Origin: a virus | Lineage: Duplodnaviria; Caudoviricetes | Length of the DNA: 31,665 nucleotides | IMG/VR virus record: IMGVR_UViG_3300030372_002165 | Coordinates: 1-31,665 of that record | Direction: 5' to 3' (one strand) | Part shown: piece after piece, positions 17,762-23,924 of the stretch | Position numbering within the stretch: position 1 is the first letter of the stretch | Layout: every line of letters starts with the position of its first letter | Notes under the pieces: generated by a model | What the model was told of the DNA's origin: nothing | Database searches by the model: none | The model's input: only the letters and a program-made list of their open reading frames with translations | Translations under genes and position numbers: made by a program

Positions 17762-18231
17762 AGTAATTTTTTTAATCTGGTTTTAACTTTTGTATAAGTG
17801 TTATAAAGAGAGTAATAAGGTATGTGTGTTTTTCTAGCTAATGAAGCAATGCTTTCGCCACCATTAATTAATTCAAATATTCTTTTGTCATACCAGTACA
17901 TCTTATTAAGCTCTTTTTGTATGGCTTCGTAAGTGCCTAAATAATCTGGATCATCATGTTTATTTTTAATATTTTCTAAACCCTCAATATGTATGTTTTT
18001 TTTCTTTCTGGTTAAGTCAATGTAAAGGCTGTTTAATGTTCTGAATATATAATAATAATTTATTTCAGTTTCATTGTATTTTATATCCAAACCTTTTTCC
18101 ATTTTTAAAATTATTTTTATATACATTTCCTGCACAATATCTTCTGCAATACTTTTGTCGCAACCAAAAGATTTAACAATGCTAATCCAGGTTTTATGTT
18201 TTTTATATAAATTTTCAATTTCCTTTTTCAT
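17758..18231 (-). CDS. ECF-type sigma-70 factor
   Basis: Region-2-like AEDIVQEMYIK...YIFRTLNSLYID and region-4 HTH-like SIASLARKTHIPYYSL...KTRLKKLL. 157 aa. Confidence 0.8.
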   Translation of the reverse strand: MKKEIENLYKKHKTWISIVKSFGCDKSIAEDIVQEMYIKIILKMEKGLDIKYNETEINYYYIFRTLNSLYIDLTRKKKNIHIEGLENIKNKHDDPDYLGTYEAIQKELNKMYWYDKRIFELINGGESIASLARKTHIPYYSLYNTYTKVKTRLKKLL

Positions 18232-19060
18232 TATCTTTTAAAGGATCATACAAATCCCCTACAATTTGTGGCAACCCTAAATTATTAACTTCAAAACTAA
18301 ATGTTTCAAAAGGGTAACCCCTGCTTCTTTTGCATTTTACAGTAATCCATTCTTTGTTTACTGTGTTTGCTTCTAACTCAATTTGAGTTTCGCATTTCTT
18401 TTCCAGGAATGATCCTAAATGCCCTGTGGGTTTAGAACTTCCATAGTTAGAATGTATTACAGTTATTATGTGGCATTCATAAATGCTGCTCCATTCCATT
18501 AATTTTTGCACACAAGCATTTGATTCTTCTAAATTATTTACATCACCCACCAGGTCTGCAATACCATCAATAATAATAAGTCCTGTGTTTTTAATTTTGT
18601 CCTGCAGTAAATATTCAATAAACTCAATTCTTTGTCTAAATCCTATTTGCCTCAATGCGTATGTGTAATAACATTGTGAGCCATCCAGATCTGACATATC
18701 AATGGATCTCTGAAATACCCTCTGTGCATGCCACATGCCCTGTTCTGTGTCTATATGTAGCAGGCATTCATCCTTTCTGTGTCCTTTAATGTTTCCACCA
18801 AAATTATTTGTGCCTGATAAATACACGCTTGCTAACAAAGATATAAAAAATGTTTTTTTTGTTTTTGGTGGGCTTTGCACAAAAGAAAAGTTGCCATAAG
18901 TTCCAATAGGTATTGGCAGCATTTGATTTCCATCTTTTGTTTGAATATATTTTTTCCCTAATGATAAAGCTACTGGAGGATAATCTAATTTTTCAGAATT
19001 ATCAACCAGGCACTCTGCCTCTATTTGAAGCATAAGTTTTTTGTCTAATTTGTTTTGCAT
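18215..19060 (-). CDS. RecA-fold ATPase/helicase (AAA_25/RepA-like)
   Basis: Variant P-loop SPPKTKKT, IDTEQ, Walker B IIIDGIAD, VIH and GHLGS. Confidence 0.75.
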   Translation of the reverse strand: MQNKLDKKLMLQIEAECLVDNSEKLDYPPVALSLGKKYIQTKDGNQMLPIPIGTYGNFSFVQSPPKTKKTFFISLLASVYLSGTNNFGGNIKGHRKDECLLHIDTEQGMWHAQRVFQRSIDMSDLDGSQCYYTYALRQIGFRQRIEFIEYLLQDKIKNTGLIIIDGIADLVGDVNNLEESNACVQKLMEWSSIYECHIITVIHSNYGSSKPTGHLGSFLEKKCETQIELEANTVNKEWITVKCKRSRGYPFETFSFEVNNLGLPQIVGDLYDPLKDNEKGN

Positions 19061-19070
19061 ATTTAAATAT

Positions 19071-19102
19071 AAAAAAAAGGAGGTTATATCTCAAACCTCC
19101 TT
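19071..19102 (-). terminator. Rho-independent terminator
   Basis: AAGGAGGTT-N8-AACCTCCTT stem plus a U-run. Overlaps a possible TTTG-N20-TATATTTA promoter for the ATPase gene. Confidence 0.8.
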
Positions 19103-19130
19103 ATAAAAACAACACTTATGAAATTATTTT

Positions 19131-19421
19131 TTAAAATGGAAGGTCATCAGTTGTTTCCTGATCATGAACTTCTTCTTTTTCAGCTAGAACAATGTTACCA
19201 TCAGTCCAAACAACTTTTCCATTTCCTAAATAAGTTTTTGGTTTTTTGGCATCTCTTTCTTCTTTAGTTTGAGAATCTGTTATTGCAACATTATTTCCAT
19301 ATCTTGATTCATCAGAAACAGATATTGTAAGGTTATAATAAACAGCACCATCTTTGCCTTTTACAAACTTCTCTTTTGGAAGTTTATCAACACGAATACT
19401 CGCATTCATTAATACACTCAT
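19131..19421 (-). CDS. Putative single-stranded DNA-binding protein
   Basis: 96 aa with an acidic C-terminal DDLPF tail, next to the ERF gene. Confidence 0.65.
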   Translation of the reverse strand: MSVLMNASIRVDKLPKEKFVKGKDGAVYYNLTISVSDESRYGNNVAITDSQTKEERDAKKPKTYLGNGKVVWTDGNIVLAEKEEVHDQETTDDLPF

Positions 19422-19423
19422 AA

Positions 19424-19945
19424 TTAATCTAATTTTAAATTTAACAATTTTTCCTGCACTTCAGGACTAACACTATATACTTTTTTTATGTCATCTAAGG
19501 TAGCTCCATTTTTAAGTCCTTTTTGTGCATTATAAAATTCAGGAGTTTTAAACCTTAGTGATGATTTTTGCTTAACAATAGCTTTATTGCCATCATCATC
19601 CTCAGCCTGTAAAGCCAGGAGTGATTGCAAAGTATATCTTCTGAAATAAGTTATTGCTGATCCTAATTTTTGTGGATCAGAAATTTCAGGTAAATTTATA
19701 TAAGAGTCAACATAACCATCTCCATTAATTTCTCTAATAATACTGTACACTTTATTGTCTAATATTGGCTGCAGTAATAACAAACCATGCTTTTTTAATA
19801 AAGGGTGCAGTTGACCTATAAGAGAATTTATATCAAAATATTTTGATTTATAAAATGGGTTAGTAACATCTTTACTTATAATTCCAATCTCTAGCTGTAA
19901 TTTGTACAGCTTATTGTATATTTCGCTTTGGGTATTTTTTTCCAT
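19424..19945 (-). CDS. ERF-family single-strand annealing protein
   Basis: NPFYKSKY and PQKLGSAITYFRRYTL..L.L..EDDDGN signatures. Confidence 0.88.
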   Translation of the reverse strand: MEKNTQSEIYNKLYKLQLEIGIISKDVTNPFYKSKYFDINSLIGQLHPLLKKHGLLLLQPILDNKVYSIIREINGDGYVDSYINLPEISDPQKLGSAITYFRRYTLQSLLALQAEDDDGNKAIVKQKSSLRFKTPEFYNAQKGLKNGATLDDIKKVYSVSPEVQEKLLNLKLD

Positions 19946-20069
19946 ATTTCTTATTAAGTTTTATGTCAGTTTGAACTTCAATGCAAGTTTCTAACTTATA
20001 GATATAATCTAATAAAGCATCTATTCTTGCAAGATAGTATTTTGACTGGTTATAATTCTGAAACATCAT
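19911..20069 (-). CDS. Small hypothetical protein (51-52 aa), not in ORF track
   Basis: MMFQNYNQSKYYLARIDALLDYIYKLETCIEVQTDIKLNKKYGKKYPKRNIQ. Bridges the gap and overlaps both neighbours. Confidence 0.55.
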   Translation of the reverse strand: MMFQNYNQSKYYLARIDALLDYIYKLETCIEVQTDIKLNKKYGKKYPKRNIQ

Positions 20070-20253
20070 TAACAATGTTAAGTTCGTTTTCTAAACACTC
20101 CAAAGCTAATTGTCTAATGTAAAGATTGTCCTGTGCTTTCTGCACATCTTTTGAATAATAATCAACTTGCCATTTGGCATCTGTGATTAACCTTTCTAGA
20201 TCCTCTTTTGACCTTAAGGATTTTCCTGTAAATTGAATTGTATTGTCTGTCAT
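20050..20253 (-). CDS. Hypothetical coiled-coil protein (67 aa)
   Basis: First ORF behind a host-type promoter. Confidence 0.7.
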   Translation of the reverse strand: MTDNTIQFTGKSLRSKEDLERLITDAKWQVDYYSKDVQKAQDNLYIRQLALECLENELNIVNDVSEL

Positions 20254-20293
20254 AATAATAAATTAACCTACTAACTTAGTTGTTAGCAGGTCA

Positions 20294-20324
20294 TAAATAT
20301 AAACAAAAAATTTGATAACACAAA
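20294..20324 (-). promoter_or_regulatory. Bacteroidota-type promoter TTTG-N19-TATATTTA
   Basis: Same spacing as the 12274 and 16868 elements. Confidence 0.6.
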
Positions 20325-20331
20325 ACTGCAC

Positions 20332-20362
20332 AAAAAAAAGAGCCAATAAAATCAACCCTTTT
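20332..20362 (-). terminator. Probable rho-independent terminator (G-U-rich stem)
   Basis: Minus-strand RNA reads AAAAGGGUUGAU-UUU-AUUGGCUCUUUUUUU. Confidence 0.5.
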
Positions 20363-20402
20363 CTTTCAAGACAAAACAAACAGAACTAAACAAATATAAG
20401 AA

Positions 20403-20795
20403 TTATTTTAAATTATTGAATAGATCCTCATATTTTTTGATCATGTCCCATAAATCATTTGTGCTGTATTTTACCTCCTGTTGTGATTTTATATGAATAT
20501 CGTTTGCAGTTGTTGATCCATATTTTCTATTTAACTCTAAGCTAAATTTATATTGCTCACCATGTTTGAACAAATTGCAGCCAGAACATTGCACCTGGCA
20601 GTTTATTTCATCCCACCTGGTTGCATAATGCCTGCGACTTTGAAAATGCCCACATTGTAAATATTTCCACTCATCAACTTTGCCACAGGTAAAGCATGCA
20701 GCTAGTCCATTTTTAGAATTTTTTTTTCTGATATATTTGCTAAAGATTGCATCCAGTTTTTTTACAACTTTGGATCTAGATAATTTTCTTTTCAT
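20403..20795 (-). CDS. NinG/Rap-like recombination endonuclease
   Basis: FSKYIR, CFTCG, QCGHF.SR and RWDE.NC..QC.GCN zinc/HNH-like motifs. Confidence 0.85.
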   Translation of the reverse strand: MKRKLSRSKVVKKLDAIFSKYIRKKNSKNGLAACFTCGKVDEWKYLQCGHFQSRRHYATRWDEINCQVQCSGCNLFKHGEQYKFSLELNRKYGSTTANDIHIKSQQEVKYSTNDLWDMIKKYEDLFNNLK

Positions 20796-21025
20796 TTATC
20801 CTGGAATTGTAAAAATTTATCCCCTAACTCTTTGTTTAATTTAGATATTGCTCTGTATATATACCTGCTATTTTTTTTTACTAATTCCTTTTCTGACTTT
20901 GTTGAATCTATTCCTAAATTACAATATTGAGTTGCATCTATTTCTAATAATCTAGAAATTTTATCTCTTTTTTTTATTGATGTATAGGAAAGAATTTTAT
21001 CAATTTTTTCATTTGAGTAATTCAT
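20792..21025 (-). CDS. Hypothetical protein (77 aa)
   Basis: ATGA-coupled to the NinG-like gene. Confidence 0.7.
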   Translation of the reverse strand: MNYSNEKIDKILSYTSIKKRDKISRLLEIDATQYCNLGIDSTKSEKELVKKNSRYIYRAISKLNKELGDKFLQFQDK

Positions 21026-21060
21026 TTCGTTTATTTTAAATATAATAATTTATAATTAAG

Positions 21061-21178
21061 AAAAAAAAACAAAAAAAAAACCCCCAAAAAAAAATAAAAA
21101 AAAATATTTGTCTGATCCAACAGGAGTGTTTACCTGAAGTTTAGCAGCTTACAGATCTGCGACTGGTTTACGAATATA
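21061..21178 (-). other. Largest non-coding region: structured segment plus U-G5-U tract (candidate ncRNA or origin)
   Basis: TATATTCG promoter-like element, two short hairpins, then T-runs flanking GGGGG. Confidence 0.35.
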
Positions 21179-21189
21179 AATAAATTTTT

Positions 21190-21315
21190 TTATCTACCCT
21201 GCCCTCTATAAGGTTTTTTATATTGTTTACTTGTTTTTAACCTACTGGCATTCTTGCTGTGTGGGTGTGATTTCTTTTTTCTTTTTATATAATAACTAAC
21301 AATTTTATATGCCAT
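21190..21315 (-). CDS. Small very basic protein ending YRGQGR (41 aa), not in ORF track
   Basis: MAYKIVSYYIKRKKKSHPHSKNASRLKTSKQYKKPYRGQGR. TAATG overlap with the holin stop. Confidence 0.7.
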   Translation of the reverse strand: MAYKIVSYYIKRKKKSHPHSKNASRLKTSKQYKKPYRGQGR

Positions 21316-21713
21316 TATTTTTTTCTAATTTTTTCCATTGACCTGCCACCAAAATAAGCTGAGATTACAGTTATTAAAACTAGCTGCAGTAAATCCACCC
21401 AATTTGCTTTTACCTCAAACTGAATAACACCTGCATCTATAAACACTAATAATACTGTTGAGACAACTAAAAAAATTAAAACTAAAGGGCGTACATTTTT
21501 ACTGAGCCATGAATCTGATTTTGTGTCTGCTAACCATCTTTCAGTTATGTTTTTTTGCATATCTGCCTCTGCATTAATAAAAACTTGAGTCATTTCTTTT
21601 TCAAAAGCAGCTTTTTCATCTTTGGTGTGTACAAATCTGTCAACAACGCCTGAAATTTTATCAGCTATACTACCTCCTGCTCCTCCAAATATTTTTGCTA
21701 AAATTTGTTTCAT
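21315..21713 (-). CDS. Holin (3TM GTA-holin-like)
   Basis: DSWLSKNVRPL, hydrophobic helices, and AYFGGRS.EK C-terminus. Confidence 0.8.
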   Translation of the reverse strand: MKQILAKIFGGAGGSIADKISGVVDRFVHTKDEKAAFEKEMTQVFINAEADMQKNITERWLADTKSDSWLSKNVRPLVLIFLVVSTVLLVFIDAGVIQFEVKANWVDLLQLVLITVISAYFGGRSMEKIRKK

Positions 21714-21810
21714 AAATAAGTTTTAAAATTATTATTAATAATGTTATTGTAAAAAGATTGGGATGCCAATGCTCTCCACATAACCCTAATAAATGTTTTA
21801 TTGTTTCCAT
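21670..21810 (-). CDS. Small membrane peptide (46 aa), not in ORF track
   Basis: METIKHLLGLCGEHWHPNLFTITLLIIILKLIYETNFSKNIWRSRR. Starts just after the upstream stop. Confidence 0.6.
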   Translation of the reverse strand: METIKHLLGLCGEHWHPNLFTITLLIIILKLIYETNFSKNIWRSRR

Positions 21811-21811
21811 G

Positions 21812-22138
21812 TTATTGTTCAATTAAAATTCTATTTACAGATTTTTGTATATCTTCTTTGGTTGCTTGTATTTTAAATGATAGGTCTGCTGCATATTGCA
21901 TTCTTACCCTACCATCTTTACCTAATATAACGATCACAGGAACTGTTTTTATTGTTTTAACAATATTCTCAGGCTGTTCTTCTAACCAGGCATATTGCAC
22001 CTTTGCATTTTGTAAACCTCTTAAATTATAATCATTTCTGGAATTCCATTTGTAATTAAAATGGATCACAGTAACTTTTTCTTGAGCATTTACAAAGAAA
22101 CCAAAAAGCACAAATAAAATTATTATTAAATTTTTCAT
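21812..22138 (-). CDS. Secreted protein, possible degenerate thioredoxin-like fold
   Basis: Signal peptide MKNLIIILFVLFGFFVNA-Q (Gln at +1 is typical of Bacteroidota), HFNYKWN and IKTVPVIV. No CxxC. Confidence 0.55.
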   Translation of the reverse strand: MKNLIIILFVLFGFFVNAQEKVTVIHFNYKWNSRNDYNLRGLQNAKVQYAWLEEQPENIVKTIKTVPVIVILGKDGRVRMQYAADLSFKIQATKEDIQKSVNRILIEQ

Positions 22139-22443
22139 CTTTTATAAACTTTATCTTCTAATTCTTTTATTCTCTCTTTATTGTCCAGTATATCTTCCTT
22201 TAATCCATCAGTAGATTTTTCAATTTGGATTATGGTACTACGCACCAACTCGTCTTTTAGCTGAAACTCCATCTTTTGCACAAATTCATCTCCACTAAAA
22301 TTATCTATTTTATTATTAAGGTCTTGTATTTCGCCCTGTAAACTAAACCACATACTAGCTAGTGATATTACACCACCAACAAGCAGACCTATAGTTTTAA
22401 GGTCTAGTTTTACTTCTGTATCTTCACTTAGTTTTTTTGCCAT
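22135..22443 (-). CDS. N-terminal TM plus coiled-coil protein (spanin/holin-like candidate)
   Basis: TM segment IGLLVGGVISLASMWFSL followed by a heptad-like tail, in the lysis region. Confidence 0.55.
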   Translation of the reverse strand: MAKKLSEDTEVKLDLKTIGLLVGGVISLASMWFSLQGEIQDLNNKIDNFSGDEFVQKMEFQLKDELVRSTIIQIEKSTDGLKEDILDNKERIKELEDKVYKR

Positions 22444-22585
22444 TGTCTTTTTCTATTATTTTTTTAACTGTATATACTATTGTGCATAAAAGCAAAATTA
22501 TTTTTAAAGATAATTCTACCTCAGTCATTGATATACTAAACGCAATTGTGTTATATAAGTATAATTTCATGTCTATATTTTCCAT
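22424..22585 (-). CDS. Small membrane protein (53 aa, holin-like), not in ORF track
   Basis: MENIDMKLYLYNTIAFSISMTEVELSLKIILLLCTIVYTVKKIIEKDNGKKTK. Fills the gap. Confidence 0.65.
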   Translation of the reverse strand: MENIDMKLYLYNTIAFSISMTEVELSLKIILLLCTIVYTVKKIIEKDNGKKTK

Positions 22586-22586
22586 T

Positions 22587-23033
22587 TTATTTTTTATCTA
22601 TCTCTTTAAGTTTGCTTATAGCCCAATTTATTCCTGCAGATCCACCCCACGCATCCCACATTAAACCACCACAACCCTCTGAATAAGGAACATCTTTGTG
22701 TTGTTGATGTCGTTTAAACGAAGCCATGCGAGATATTGTTTCCCTGCTAATATTTTGTTTAGATGCGATTTGCGAGGCTCTTTTTTTTCCAGTTGCCTCA
22801 CCACATGATCCCCAACCATTCTTTTCAACCCATTTTAACGCCCTCTTAGCGTTGTTTACAGCTCCCTGTGGATAATCATTATATGTTTCAAGTTCTACCT
22901 CCTCAGAGCCTTTAAACGCTTTATAACACATTGCTATTGCCTGTGACTTATCATGATACTGCATTAACTGTGGAACGCATCTCATCATAAAGTCAGATTG
23001 TTTTTCGTTTTGTTTTCTCTTTGGTATTGGCAT
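22587..23033 (-). CDS. Hypothetical two-module protein (148 aa), probably head-associated
   Basis: MPIP...FMMRC...QAIAMCY module, EVEL linker, then YP..A.NNAKRAL..G..RA.Q..RMASF.RH..W..WGG..G..WA module. Confidence 0.7.
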   Translation of the reverse strand: MPIPKRKQNEKQSDFMMRCVPQLMQYHDKSQAIAMCYKAFKGSEEVELETYNDYPQGAVNNAKRALKWVEKNGWGSCGEATGKKRASQIASKQNISRETISRMASFKRHQQHKDVPYSEGCGGLMWDAWGGSAGINWAISKLKEIDKK

Positions 23034-23034
23034 T

Positions 23035-23184
23035 TTAATATATTTTTATATGTAATACTAAAAAAAAGAAGTAAAAATTAATTTCTAAAAAATCATTTTC
23101 TCTGTCTTTTGGGTGTACAGAAAATCCTATAATAAACGCAAAACATTGTAACGATCTGTCTATTATAGCAACTTCATATTTCAT
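23035..23184 (-). CDS. Small hydrophobic protein (49 aa), not in ORF track
   Basis: MKYEVAIIDRSLQCFAFIIGFSVHPKDRENDFLEINFYFFFLVLHIKIY. ATGA overlap with the endolysin stop. Confidence 0.6.
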   Translation of the reverse strand: MKYEVAIIDRSLQCFAFIIGFSVHPKDRENDFLEINFYFFFLVLHIKIY

Positions 23185-23666
23185 CCTATTCTATGATAGG
23201 TAACTCTGCCACCTTTATATTTAGCCCTTAACACATCTTTTCTATTGTCTTTTTTATTTTTAAAACTAACATGAATCCATCTTGGGTCTTGGTCATTTCC
23301 AAATTCCCAGATGAGTTGATCAAATTCTAATTTTTCTTTTATGTACTCAAATAGCTCGCCATTAGTTTTTTTACCTAATGTTGAAATATCTATTGCTTCG
23401 CCTTTTATATGGCTGCTAGATCTAGATCCACCAATTGCAGTATTTAAATCTTCACACCTGTAAAACGAATTGACATTAATTGGGTGTTTGCACCAATCTC
23501 TTAATGGCTCAAAAACCTCTTCTGCAACCACCACCATTTTTTTCAAAATGTCATCTGATGGTTTATTATCAATATTTAACTTTGTAGCAGTTGCAGACCT
23601 CACACCCTCATTATAAGATATGTGTTTACTTATTATCTTCTTCTTTGATTTCTTCGTAGCTTCCAT
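23181..23666 (-). CDS. Endolysin, peptidase M15 family
   Basis: NSFYRC..LN..IGG...SSH..GEAID and DQLIWE...WIHVS zinc-ligand motifs. Confidence 0.88.
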   Translation of the reverse strand: MEATKKSKKKIISKHISYNEGVRSATATKLNIDNKPSDDILKKMVVVAEEVFEPLRDWCKHPINVNSFYRCEDLNTAIGGSRSSSHIKGEAIDISTLGKKTNGELFEYIKEKLEFDQLIWEFGNDQDPRWIHVSFKNKKDNRKDVLRAKYKGGRVTYHRIG

Positions 23667-23865
23667 CTTTTAAATCTATGTTTATTTTTCCATAAGAATC
23701 TTCTAATTCTTTTTTAAGTTCTTCTTGCTTAGCAATTTCATCAGCATATAAATGTAATAAGCTATGCTTCTGAGTTTCTAATAATCCTAAATCATGCTTA
23801 ATAGCACCTAATTTTTGTTGGAACTCTTGTAATTTTTCTAATTCTTCTTTTTTAATTTTACTCAT
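23626..23865 (-). CDS. Coiled-coil protein (79 aa), possible fibre chaperone
   Basis: Directly downstream of the tail fibre; LE..YG.INIDL.DG C-terminus. Confidence 0.6.
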   Translation of the reverse strand: MSKIKKEELEKLQEFQQKLGAIKHDLGLLETQKHSLLHLYADEIAKQEELKKELEDSYGKINIDLKDGSYEEIKEEDNK

Positions 23866-23924
23866 TGTTTTAAAATTTATTGTTAATAATATTCAAATAT
23901 AATTATTTACAATTACATTTTTTT

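Noticed and set aside
21105-21178. Known ribozyme (e.g. hammerhead) in the non-coding region
   Set aside because: The CUGAnGA/GAAA core is absent on both strands (the plus strand reads CTGATCC). Kept only as an unclassified structured candidate.
21812-22138. Thioredoxin auxiliary metabolic gene
   Set aside because: The protein has no cysteines, so it cannot be a redox-active thioredoxin.
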